DNA of 64,000 nt, taken from the NCBI RefSeq assembly GCF_006345805.1, contig NC_043000.1, forward strand, positions 1,240,001-1,304,000, written 5' to 3'. Both the position numbers and the translations under genes were made by a program. Of the stretch, positions 23,828 to 36,168 are shown in pieces (the stretch's first letter is position 1; each line of letters begins with the position of its first letter). The notes under the pieces were generated by a model. The model saw only the letters and a program-made list of their open reading frames with translations. It was not told the origin of the DNA and did no database searches. Source of the stretch: Octopus sinensis (taxonomy: Eukaryota).

Positions 23828-24042
23828 TCATATGACACAGACATATTTTTGTATGCGTATTTTGTATGCACGTCTTCACGTGCTTTTTCCTGTCTCTTCT
23901 CAAAGCTCGTCGTTCTAGCGTTCATAATCTTCACATCGCTTTGGTTTAACAACCATCACCGTTTGTTTTTACTGTCTTCTTCTCACTGTCCTGTTTTTGT
24001 TAACACTTTCACCCTCCGCAAAAAATCCTAATTTATATTTGA

Positions 24043-24548
24043 CTAGCAGTATCGCCCGGCGTTGCTCGGGTTTGTAAAGGAAATAACTATATAAGCATTT
24101 TTAGAGACTTACTTCCCTTATAGATGCCAATTCGGGCTTCTTAGCCATTTCTGTTTTGGTGTCTTCAAGCCATGAAGTCGTTGTTCTAAAAGAACGCGTG
24201 GTCTCCTTGACAACGCTTTACGACGTTGATTTCCTACACTCCCTTCCCACAGCTTCACGAGGGAGGGAAGAAGGGAGAAGCAACATAGGTGCAGGTGTGA
24301 CCATGGACGCCAACTCCGCCGCCATACACACGAAAAAATATGCGTTTTAAATAGAAAAAAATGATGTTAAATTATTTTAAAATCGTAGACTCATCGTAGA
24401 CGCGCGCTAATACCCAGACGGGCTCGATATGAATCACGACTATAAGATACCCGAATTTGGTTAAACTGCACCGCAAAATGTGGGAGTAGTTAGGAATCTA
24501 AATCGTAGGAGACAGACACTCACACAACTACAGTTTTATATATATAGA
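24043..24548 (-). mobile_element. Non-autonomous Helitron
   Basis: Minus strand A|TCtatata ... hairpin cccgagcaacgccgggc ... CTAG|T, inserted at an AT dinucleotide. Confidence 0.88.
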
Positions 24549-24554
24549 TTTACT

Positions 24555-24910
24555 TTGCGGGAAGGACTGTTTTAAGCCGCTTCTTGTCCTTACATGCAAA
24601 ATACGGAGTAGATGAAACAGGGGACAACTGATGAAGGGGAATGTTCTTTATGTTGCCTGTTTCGTTTCTCTGTTTTTCTTTTTCGTTTCTCAAAAAAAAG
24701 CCGTTTTTGTCCTGCCTTTCTTCCGTTAATCTGTACATAACTGCACTTTCCATCTTTTGTTTGTTTTGTACTGCTTAAAGGCACGTTTCTTTCCTGCTAA
24801 GCTTACTGTTTAAACCATGTTTGTGTTCTCCCAGTCAACAGCCTTATTATTACTGGTACTTAAAACTCTTCAGTTGCATATTTGTGTGAATAAAATCGTT
24901 TTTCTTTGTA
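24555..24910 (+). repeat. Penelope-like terminal-repeat family copy (inverted homolog at about 27540-27800)
   Basis: Both copies share ctttgcggg(a/g)aggactgttt ... gagtagatgaaacag ... caactga(t/a)gaaggggaat. Confidence 0.5.
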
Positions 24911-24970
24911 ATAACAAAAAAAGTCTATCTTTATTTCTTCTTTTGCTGGTGTCTCAAATTTAGGTTAAAT

Positions 24971-25074
24971 CAGTGTTTCTCAAAGGGGATGCCTATGGGA
25001 CGGTCGGACAAGTTGTTTTGAGAAAATATGACAACTCAGCACCGTCCATGGGGCGGGGGGGGGTTGTTTTGCTC

Positions 25075-25078
<4 letters not shown>
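24971..25078 (+). mobile_element. hAT-like MITE end fragment
   Basis: Begins cagtgtttctcaa (hAT-type TIR start); homologous to 10820-10935. Confidence 0.5.
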
Positions 25079-25121
<43 letters not shown>

Positions 25122-25214
25122 ATCCAACAAGAAGAAACACAGAAAAAAACACAGCAACGCGAGGACGTGGAACAAATAAAGTATATTTGACGCTCAGGAA
25201 AGAAGGGAAGGAGG

Positions 25215-25249
25215 GTTTAACGTTTCGAGCGGAAGCTCTTCGTCGGAAC
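25215..25249 (-). ncRNA. Minimal hammerhead-like motif (CCGACGA core)
   Basis: GTT CCGACGA A GAGC TTCC GCTC GAAAC G TTA AAC. Confidence 0.55.
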
Positions 25250-25390
25250 AAAGGAGAAGGACAAGATCCCGAGAAGGGAAGACAGAGGAAAAAAATATTT
25301 TTGCTGGTGGTGCTCAAGAGATCACACACACACACACACCACACACACACAACACAACACACACACACTACATTATATATATATATATAT

Positions 25391-25430
<40 letters not shown>

Positions 25431-26018
25431 TGTGTGTGTATAACATATATGCACGCATATATGCGCGTGTGTATGGTGGGGGCATCGTTGCAATTTTCAT
25501 TCAGTCCCGTACAATGTGGCTGTGAACGCTTCTTTTCTCCACCTTATTTCTATGTACATACTCGTCTTTACTGTACACAAACTTTTCATTTCGGTCTTCC
25601 TGTCTCCCTTCCTTCTATTCATTCAGATTGAATTTCATTGTTCCTTTGTAAGCACACACACACACTCACACACTCGCATATATATATCGATATGCTCTAC
25701 ATTCATTCACATGCAGACCTTATGTAATAACTCTAATTGTTCAACAGGGACATTCCGATACCACCAAACAGGTTTGCTATCTATTTTACTGCGCCGCCAA
25801 ACGGTTTCATGTGAAATACTAAAAAGAGTTACCACGATTAAAAAATATATTTGAACTATTTTGCTTGTTAAAAGTCAGTTTTTATGGGGCGCATGTATGC
25901 ATATATGCATGTATGTATGCATGAATACTACATCCAAGTATTATGAATGCCTGCATGTAAGGATGTATGTATATAAGTACGTATATAGGTAGTTCTAACT
26001 AGTGTGTTACTGTATATA

Positions 26019-26019
<1 letters not shown>

Positions 26020-26062
<43 letters not shown>

Positions 26063-26067
26063 TATAT

Positions 26068-26112
<45 letters not shown>

Positions 26113-26302
26113 TTATATTATATATATGTATTATATATGTATATATATATATATATAATATATATTATAATATATATGTATATATATATACATATATATA
26201 ATATCTAGTATATGTATATTTATATATATATATATGTATTATTATATATATATTATATAATATATAAGATATATAGATATATATAAATGTATATATATAT
26301 TG

Positions 26303-26338
<36 letters not shown>

Positions 26339-27000
26339 ATACAATATATATAATATATAGATATATATATATATAGATATAATATATATATATATATATA
26401 CCGGAGGTAAACACATAATGTGAAACAAGGTGGAAAAAAGAGTACTCAAATACCAGGGGTCTAGTAGATATGCTTTATTAAAAGCAGCAGAAATTCAGCA
26501 AAACCTGTTACTCTGAGTTTCAACACATATATACCTAACACATTATACATGCAATACACATACACAGCATATATATAATACACATACAAAATATTACATA
26601 TAACATACATACCCAATCATACATATAATAGATATATATATACAATGCATATACACATATACATATATACATATATAATAATGTTTACATACACATACAT
26701 AAATATACCACATATACACACAATATACAGACATACAATGTATACATATCATATACACATACATATAACATATATACACATAACCACATACACAATGCAT
26801 ACATATATATACATATAATGTATATACTATATATATGCATATACAACACACATACAATATACATATATACAATGCATATATACACATACATATACACATA
26901 ATGTACACATACATATACAAACAGACATACATATAATATACTATACACAATGCACATACATATAATGCATATATATATATATTATATAGTATATATATAT
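26020..27000. repeat. (AT)n and degenerate (ATAC)n tracts
   Basis: Read directly; interrupted by a short Penelope-like fragment at 26400-26525. Confidence 0.9.
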
Positions 27001-28087
27001 AGATATACTGTTGTCACCAAAGACTGTATATTTATATGGATTATAGTACTCTGTGTCAACCATATTCTGTGCCATGTTTGAATATACAGATACAATACCA
27101 ATATCAATTCCTTCTGGAAACTATCTTAAGTATGTCCTTGAGAACGATTATTTTATGTAGTAATCTTTTGTGCCCAATATTTTAAGGAACTTGTTGAAAT
27201 TTTTATGTCCTTAAACATGTCCCTGTTCCAAAGACTGTATATATATATGTAATGTAGCAATTTGTAACAACCAATAATTAACGCAACCAAACTTCCCCAT
27301 GTTACTTTTGACAATCTTTTTCCAAAGAGTGAAACCGGTAAAGTAATAACATCTTTTAATTGCATTTGCATTTCAAACCTTCTTTCGTATATATATATAT
27401 ATATTATATATATATATATATATATAAAACTTAGTTGGAAAGGATGCGTGGCGTTCGATCATATAATATATAAATAATATATAAATGTATGCATACATAC
27501 ATATATGTACATACCTTCATATATATGTATATATACATGCAAGTATTGGTACAGGACATTAAAAAAACGTTGAACACAATGAGAAACGAAAACATAAAAA
27601 CAAAAACATAGAAACGAACTTTTTTTCAAACAACGAAAAAACAGAGAAGCAAGACATACAACACAAGGAATATTCCCCTTCTTCAGTTGTCGCTGTTTCA
27701 TCTACTCCGCGTTTTGAAGGTAAGGACAAGACACAACTTCGTGAAACAGTCCTCCCCGCAAAGCAAGTTAAATACAATTTGGGATTTTTTGCCAAAAAAC
27801 AGTAAAAGACAGAACAATGAGAACAAAACAGTAAAAAGAAACGATGAGGGCTGTTAAGTCAAGACGATAGAAAAATTATTCTCAACGCTTAAGGAGACAG
27901 CTTATGAAAGAGACAGAATAAGCTAGTCTGGTCTGGTCTTGGTGAAGATAGCAGTCGGAAAGATGGCTTCCGTATATATATATATATAAAACGGGAAGCT
28001 TTATGAAAATAGACAAAAGACGAAGGCAGGTGGAATACAAACAAACAATTGTATTAGTATGGCGCTCAGGAATATAAATAAAACAAG

Positions 28088-28125
28088 TCTTTTACGTTTC
28101 GAGCCTACGCTCTTCAACAGAAAGA
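28088..28125 (-). ncRNA. Minimal hammerhead-like motif (CTGTTGA core) in a Penelope-like repeat (about 27990-28200)
   Basis: TCTTT CTGTTGA A GAGC GTAG GCTC GAAAC GTA AAAGA. Confidence 0.6.
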
Positions 28126-29227
28126 TACACAGAAAAGAAACACGGAAAGAAACAAGGAAAAATGCGTGCAGAGGCTAGCGAATCAACATGGCGATAAGTT
28201 ACTAAAGTGAACTAGGGCATTAATCAGCACCAGTATGGCTATAGATAAGAGTCAAAACAACTCAATAGCCGACAAAAGCACTATCTTAATGAGTTGACAA
28301 GGGAGACAAGCTCCCTATGGTCACAGATATAGCTAGGTTATCGATGATTTTACGTTCTGATGCTTAATACATCTTAATGCTCATCGGTGACACTCATCAT
28401 GCCTTGGGTTAAATTCATCCTGCCTTTCCTGCTTATTTGATTTCCGTTGAGATCCTATGCTGCTTTCGAAAACGGTAAAAGTGAAAACTATAAATGATAT
28501 GGGTGGCTAATTCGCCATTTTACAACCCAAAGGCAAAGATATATACGTCACTATAGTGAACAAAGGCACTAATCAGCACTAGTATTGCTAGAAATAAGAG
28601 TCAAAACAATTCAATATCGAACAAGCACACTATGTTATATATATATAGATAGATAGATAGATACACATACACACATACATACATATGTCTGTGTATATAA
28701 TACACACACACACGCACACACAAACACACACACACATATATGTCCTATAGTAATTCCGTCGGTAATGCTTTCACGTGATTAATGAAAAAGAGGGCGAAAG
28801 AAAAGAAGGAGAGAGAAAAAGAGGGAGAGAGAAGCGTCCATGACGTGAGGTAGAGGCAATGTAATTGTAACGCTTTCACGTGATTAGTTGAAGGGAAGAA
28901 GAGGAGAAATAAAAGGAAGAGAGAAGAAGGGGATAAGGCGAAGAGTGAGACAGAAAAGAGGGAGAAGAAATAGAAGGAAAGAGAAAAATGAGAGAGAGAG
29001 AGAGAGAGAGGAGAGAGAGGGGAGAGAGAGAAAGGAGGAAGAGAAAGGGGGAGAGAGAGGAGGGAGAGAAAGGAGGGAGAGAGATGGGAAAGCGATGATG
29101 ATGGTGGTGATGGAGGTGGTGGTGGTAGTGGTGGAGTTGGTTGTAGTGGAGGTAATGGTAGTGGTGGTGACTGGATAGTGAAAAGAGTATTTTAAAAAAA
29201 ATTTTGAACTAAGTTTTTTTTTTTATA

Positions 29228-29625
29228 TCAACTATCATTTAACGCATGCGCATAAGTGCAGTTCTTTGAAATCTTCGCGCTTATTTCCTTGGCAGACATT
29301 TACAATTTAACTAAAGGTTGTATCATATGTACGACTTTTTTTTGTTTATGAGAAAAATGGAAAAATAAGAGTGAATATTTATTTTATGAGTGCTGTGTAT
29401 TAAGTCTATAAAATTGGGCATAAAGAATATAAAGTGTATATATAAAGTGCATTAAGTAATCAATTCATTCCAATTTCTTTCACTTTGCAATGAGTAGCAG
29501 ATGAGTGATTATCTTTCTATACAGACTCAACACAGGCTACGCTTTCAGGATTTTGGATAAAGTTTTCGGACCTAAACCAATAGGTTTACCATTAATTCCG
29601 TAAAAATATTCACGGGTCCCACTAG
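29228..29625 (+). mobile_element. Probable non-autonomous Helitron
   Basis: A|TC start; 3' hairpin ccgt...acgg followed by CTAG|T. Confidence 0.5.
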
Positions 29626-29801
29626 TATATATTTAATATAGAAAAGATTTAAGAGAGTGCTTTTTTCCGACTTATGAACAACTGCCCAAGTATATATATA
29701 TATACACATACATACATATACATATATGTGCATACATATATATTTCAAATTTTCAAATATCTAATACTGTAACCAAAAACCTTTATTTTCTCTTTTGCTA
29801 C

Positions 29802-29848
<47 letters not shown>

Positions 29849-29919
29849 TTTATATGCGTATATATATATATAAACCACATTTATATGCGTATATATATAT
29901 ATATATTATATATATATAT

Positions 29920-30235
29920 TCAGAATAACTCTATTACTTGGAATGACCAATTTTAAACTCTTATGGATTTCACTCATAAAGTATTGGAATATTATATGTA
30001 TACCATTCTACCTTAAAAAATGGATCTACAAATGCAATATCCCTACATATCTCACATCTATTTTCTTCTATTTCCTCCACCTCACTCTCAATTTTATATG
30101 TTATCTAAATTAACTATTTCTTAACCATCTTCTCACACCGTCTCCGACGAAGGGATATAATAAATATCCTGGAAACAGCTGTAAGACCTATCTATAAATG
30201 TTCTAAAATCTACACAGCTTTGTTTTTTTATCTCA
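29920..30235 (+). repeat. Penelope-like terminal repeat (homolog at about 56590-56985)
   Basis: Shared acttggaatgacca...ctattttctt...tcctccacctcactct blocks and a hammerhead. Confidence 0.65.
30140..30187 (+). ncRNA. Minimal hammerhead ribozyme, U4C core variant
   Basis: GTCT CCGACGA AG GGATAT aataa ATATCC TG GAAAC AGCT GTA AGAC. Confidence 0.78.
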
Positions 30236-30242
30236 TATATAT

Positions 30243-31007
30243 ATAACAGCATCAGAGACCTAGGTGTAATTGTTGATGACGATCTCAGTTGGAGTGCACA
30301 CATCAACAAGAAGGTCGATATAGCTCGTAGGATGAGTTCCTGGATCTTAAGAACTTTCCGGTCCAAGAGAACGGTGTCATCATACCACTCTTCTCCTCCT
30401 TTGTACGGCCACACCTCGAATACTGCTGCCCACTGTGGTCTCCCCCCATACAAGAACAAACATCTCGAGGATTGAATCATCCCCAGAGAGCACTCACTAA
30501 ACGAATTGAAGCCAGGCTGCTCTCGATATTGGGATCGCCTTAAAGCCTTGAAACTCTACTCTCTCCAGCGTCGCCGTGAGCGGTAACATCATTTGTACAA
30601 TGTGGAGAATATACCGCCAACTTTGCCCAAACGACCTGACATAAGCTTCAAGTTTCATCCAAGACTGGACCACGGGCCATACGTCCCCTGCCCAATTCAG
30701 ATCACAGCATACATATACACTACAACATAATTTCTTTTCCTCAACAGGCCCTGCCATATTAACATTGTCCCTGAAAGAGATAAAGAGGAACAGGATCCCA
30801 TCAACTTTAAACGGAGTCTGGATAGATTCCTTCAAAGAATACCAGATAAGCCACCCATAATTGGATACAACTCACCCAAAACAAAAAACTCACTACTTGA
30901 ATGGACCATAAGCAAAACTTGACTTAAACAGGATTCAAATAATCCTGTCAGGTGGTGCTATTAAGTTAGACATGGCCTGGACCAATCATTGGTCGAAACA
31001 CATCTAA

Positions 31008-31008
<1 letters not shown>
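30243..31008 (+). mobile_element. CR1-like LINE 3' fragment (family L-a), frameshifted
   Basis: IRDLGVIVDDDLSWSAHI, VRPHLEYCCPLWSP, YWDRLKALKLYSLQRRRER; 3' UTR with stem-loops. Confidence 0.9.
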
Positions 31009-31086
<78 letters not shown>

Positions 31087-31537
31087 CTATATATATGTAT
31101 TGTATTGTGTTGTGTGTGTATATGTGTATGTATGTGTATGCGTATGTGTGTATGTGTGTGCCTTGTGTGTGAGTGTGTATCTGCCAGAATTTCATATAAT
31201 GTTAATAGAATGGTATAAATTTTCTCTGGTATTTTAATCCGTTCTGTCAATATATTGATTGTGCAAATGTGTGTCTATGCACCTATGCAACTACATCAGT
31301 ATGTTTGCTCATGCCCCATGTACTTGTGTGTATGTATATCTGCTGGACTATGAATGCCTGTGTGCGTCTATGTGTATGTGTGTGTATGTGTGTGTGTGTG
31401 TGTGCACGTTTGAGTTTATATATGTATGTATTTCAGTGGGTACATGAGTGTTATGTATTTATTCATACGCAGGCATATGTGTATACGTGTGTGTGGTTGT
31501 GTACACTTACACACACATATACTGTATATATATATAT

Positions 31538-32345
31538 TTCATACATAAATATAAGAGCAAATTTTTTTAACCACTATGTGGAAACCCTTATGCTAGAAGA
31601 AGATCCGCTATGGTCTTAACTACTAGAAAAACTTCAGAAAAACTTAGCACCCCAGAAACATAAGCGAGCACGACAATTGAAAAGTAACAAAAATATAGAT
31701 TAATCATAAACAATTGTTTCACTATCAAATTACGTGATTTTACTAACACAATTTATCTGTAGATCGTCAGTATGATCGTCTATGCAGAATATAATCTGAA
31801 GAACTTCACGCCAGATATCAACACGAGGTCGAAAATGCATGTAGTTCTACCTATTACATTTGCGGTTATTTTCAAAAGTCTTCGTTTAGGCGCGCTAAAT
31901 TACCGGAAATAAATACTGCATAAATAATTTCACTGCAGTAATTTTCACCGGTTTGAGAACGTATTGATTTAAAATTAAAATCAAAATGAGGATGAAAAAT
32001 TGGGTATTAATTTGATAGCATCAATTTTAACACCAGTGATCTAGTATATAAAAAACTGAGATTCAGCAAATAGTATTTCATACATAAATATGAGGGAATT
32101 TTTTAACCCTATGTGGAAACCCTTATGCTAGAAGAAAATCCGCTATGGTCTTAACCACTAAGAATTGTTCTCCAGAAAAAATTAGCACCTCAGAAACTAT
32201 TGGTGTTAAAGTTTAGCACCCCAGAAACCACTGGTGTTAAATTTGATGTTACCCAATTTTTTCACCCTCATTTTGATTTTAATTTTAAATTAATACGTTC
32301 TCAAACCGGCGAAACCTACTGCAGTGAATTATTTTTGCAGAATTA
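31538..32345. repeat. Composite repeat: 85-bp direct repeat plus about 120-bp inverted repeat
   Basis: 31538-31625 matches 32078-32165 (direct); about 31915-32040 is inverted relative to about 32225-32345. Confidence 0.75.
31703..31776 (-). ncRNA. Hammerhead ribozyme motif, canonical core
   Basis: Minus strand: ATCATA CTGACGA T CTA [long loop] TAG T GAAAC AATT GTT TATGAT. Confidence 0.8.
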
Positions 32346-32355
32346 TCATATATAA

Positions 32356-32562
32356 AGGCGTTGAGCTGGTAGAATCGTTACTGCTTCGGACAAAATGTTT
32401 AGCAGCATTTCGTCCGTTTTTACGCCCTGAGTTCAAATTCCGACGCAGTCTTCGCTTTTCATCTTTTCGGAATAGGTCGCGTTCAGCACTGGGGTTAATG
32501 TAATCGGCTTAGCTCCTCCATCGAAATTGCTGGCCTCGTACCGAAATTTGAAACCAATATTA
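32356..32562 (+). mobile_element. SINE family A, diverged short-tail copy
   Basis: Head and B-box plus the aaatttgaaaccaatat tail. Confidence 0.75.
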
Positions 32563-32840
32563 TGTATTTCTCTCTGTGAATCAGTGCAGTATGCCGGTAG
32601 TGAGTATTTTTCCAGTCGGTCGGGATATCAAGCAGCGTAGCAATGCAGCCTCGCTTGAGATTTTTACAACTTCAGAATTTCAGCAATTAATCAGAACTAA
32701 GTATTTGTTAGCCTCGAACAGAAAGATCAATGTTTAAGATTCACTTTGATTATGTTACTTACGTTGGGCTACCGTGAAAGCTTGCGAATGCTGTGAATAG
32801 AGTGGGTGAGGTACAAATTTGTTTCTTTCATATGTATATA

Positions 32841-33243
32841 TATTTCTTTACTACCCACAAGGGGCTAGACATAGAGGGGACAAACAAGAACAGACAAACG
32901 GATTAAGTCGATTACATCGACCCCAGTGCTCAACTGGTACTTTATTTATCGACCCCGAAAGGATGAAAGGCAAAGTCGACCTCGGCGGAATTTGAACTCA
33001 GAACGTAGCGGCAGACGAAATGCCTATTTCTTTACTTACCCACAAGGGGCTAAACACAGAGGGGACAAACAAGAACAGACAAACGGATTAAGTCGATTAC
33101 ATCGACCCCAGTGCGTAAATGGTACTTATTTAATCGACCCCGAAAGGATGAAAGGCAAAGTCGACCTCGGCGGAATTTGAACTCAGAACGTAACGGCTAC
33201 GTATTTCGCCCGGCGTGCTAACGTTTCTGCCAGCTCGCCGCCT
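32841..33243 (-). mobile_element. SINE family A tandem dimer, 184-bp period
   Basis: tatttctttac at 32841 and 33025. Confidence 0.9.
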
Positions 33244-33650
33244 TGTTTCTTTGATATGTATATACATAGCAACTGAATCTTTGTGTTGTAGCAAAAATGA
33301 AAAAAAAAAAAAGGTTGTTATACCACTTCTGGAAGCTTTTGTTTGTGGAAGATGTGAAGCTTTGTTTATGGAAGCAGAATATCTCTGGCGTGAGGTGCCT
33401 ACGTTGCATTCAACTTAAGGAGTGAATGGTGGTACCATCTGCATAGAAGTGACAACAGGTTGGCTATTAATGCACAAATAATGATTGTATTTTCGAAATT
33501 TACGTCTTCGTAGATTAGCGGTTCGACGAAGTAGGTCAATATAATAATTACCAAGTTTTGAAAAAAAAATACTATGGTCGATACATTCGACTAAAAATTT
33601 TTCAAGTCGGAGTGCCAGTATGGCCGCAGTCTAATGACTGAAACAAGTAC

Positions 33651-33682
<32 letters not shown>

Positions 33683-33720
33683 TATATATGTACGTATGTA
33701 TGTGTGTGTGTGTGTGTGTG

Positions 33721-34452
33721 TGAAGTGGAAATACATGCTGTTTTCTATCTTACAGCTAGTTTTGATTGATTTTGTAAAATAAAAATATATTTTATGGTTG
33801 TTATTGTTTATAATCCGGCTCTGATCATAAGGTCTGAGTTTCGACCCCATTGAGTGACATCTTTGATTCATCCAAGCTTTATAAGTGAAACTTGGTCAAG
33901 AGAAACTGCGTGGAATCACGGTAAGAGTACACGTGTCTGTTGAGTACTCACCCACTCATGTGCAAAGTCAGTGAGAAGCAGGTGGTTCAGTTGATCGAAC
34001 AGCTGAAGACTCATCGTCGAAAGCGACGGAGACCTATTTATGCTTGTGAGTGAGTGTGTGAGGTGCGTGTGTGTGTGTGTGGTGTGTGAAGTGGAAATAC
34101 ATGCTGTTTTCTATCTTACAGCTAGTTTTGATTGATTTTGTAAAATAAAAATATATTTTATGGTTGTTATTGTTATAATCCGGCTCTGATCATAAGGTCT
34201 GAGTTTCGACCCCATTGAGTGACATCTTTGATTCATCCAAGCTTTATAAGTGAAACTTGGTCAAGAGAAACTGCGTGGAATCACGGTAAGAGTACACGTG
34301 TCTGTTGAGTACTCACCCACTCATGTGCAAAGTCAGTGAGAAGCAGGTGGTTCAGTTGATCGAACAGCTGAAGACTCATCGTCGAAAGCGACGGAGACCT
34401 ATTTATGCTTGTGAGTGAGTGTGTGAGGTGCGTGTGTGTGTGTGTGTGTGAC
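33721..34452. repeat. 366-bp near-perfect tandem duplication containing an old SINE C/D-like copy
   Basis: tgaagtggaaatacatg at 33721 and 34087; the copies differ only by homopolymer indels. Confidence 0.92.
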
Positions 34453-34484
34453 CACGTTACTTCAGAGGTCATTCATAAATTAAT

Positions 34485-34493
34485 GATGACTAC

Positions 34494-34537
<44 letters not shown>

Positions 34538-34890
34538 CGATGGTGATGATGATGATGATGATGGTGGTGATGATGATGATGATGATGATGATAGCAACCA
34601 CAACAAATACAATTAATGCAGCAGTGAATGGAAATGCAATGAAACAACAGCTGTGATAACAACATTAATTGTGTCAACAACAATAACAACAACAATGACA
34701 GCAACAGCACCAGCACCAGCAGCACCAGCAACTACAATAGCAGCTACAGCAGCAGCAGTAGCAGCGGTGGCAACAGCAGCAGCCGCATAAGAGCGATTAC
34801 GAAAACACATACAGTAGCAACAGCAGTAGCAGTAACAAGAACATCATCAACAACAACAACAACAACAACAACAACAGCAACAACAACAAC
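34485..34890. repeat. (GAT)n, (CAG)n and (CAA)n trinucleotide mosaic
   Basis: Read directly from the sequence. Confidence 0.9.
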
Positions 34891-35302
34891 TCTTTGACTC
34901 TTTGACTCTTTGACTTGCTTCAGTCATTTGACTGCGGCCATGCTGGAGCACCGCCTTTAGTCGAGAAAATCGACCCCGGGACTTATTCTTTGTAAGCCCA
35001 GTACTTATTCTATCGGTCTTATTTGCCGAACCGCTAAGTGACGGGGTCGTAAACACACCAGCATCGGTTGTCAAGCAATGCTAGGGGGACAAACACACAC
35101 ACATACACACACATATATATATATACATATACATATATACGACAGGCTTCTTTCAGTTTCCGTCTACCAAATCCACTCACAAGGCATTGGTCGGCTCGGG
35201 GCTATAGCAGAAGACACTTGCCCAAGGTGCCACGCAGTGGGACTGAACCCGGAACCGTGTGGCTGGTTAGCAAGCTACTTACCACACAGCCACTCCTGCG
35301 CC
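34889..35302 (-). mobile_element. SINE family B, full length
   Basis: Family B consensus. Confidence 0.9.
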
Positions 35303-36168
35303 TATCTATGATAACGAAAGCAATAGTAGGGGCCACAACAGTATTTACAACAAAAACAGCCTCAGCAGCAGGGTCATCATGAGCCGAACAAAAACAGTGA
35401 TAATAACAACAAGAACAACAACAATAACGACTTTGGGATCTTTACCTTTTGACTTACAGATTTAAAAAAATATTTTTTTGTAACTAAACATTTTCAAACT
35501 TCGGACACTGGTAGAATGTGTCAAAGAAAACATATTTTACTCTCTTAGCATTTTTGAGAAAAACTTATATTTACGAAGTTATTTCACGTTAAAGTTGTCC
35601 TATTTCGGTAATTTCAACCACTCAGTGACGTGTATTCAACTGAATAAAATTACTGCCGTTGTTTGTCAACAAGAACTTCCGGCGGTGTATGAAGGAAATG
35701 GGGGTGGGTTAGTAATTTAGAAGTGTCGATTTTTGCCAATTTTTTACAGATTCATATTCTCCGTAGCCGAAAATGGGGGTTTGAGTCGAAAAAAAAAAAA
35801 ATTTTTTTTAGAAAGGGTCGTTTGGGGAGGGGGTATGGGCGGAAGTCTTGCCCCCATATTTCTTCAAATTGCATCCTCACCCCGTCTTAAAAAAAGAAAA
35901 GATACTTTGTATGATGTATCCGTAGATAATCAGTGGCCAAACATTTTTGGATCGGCATATCGAAATTCTAAATTCTTTAATAATTCCGTTATTAGGGAGT
36001 TACTTAAACCTTTTTTTCAATACCATGTTATTATTGGGAGGTTTTTTTATTTCAAAATTCTTCGCCTGTCACCTTTAAACTCCCGGACGAAATGCTGCTG
36101 AGCATTTTTGCCAGGCGCGATAACAATTCTGCCATTTGGCCGCCTTACCAGTAACAAATATTACCAGA

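Noticed and set aside
24626-24660. CTGATGA followed by a GGAAT(G/A)TTC stem (also CTGAAGA at about 27670-27690, minus)
   Set aside because: No GAAA and NUH follow stem II, so a hammerhead cannot be completed.
31796-31848. Plus-strand CTGAAGA...GAAA motif
   Set aside because: Stem III and stem I do not pair in register; kept only as context for the adjacent hammerhead.
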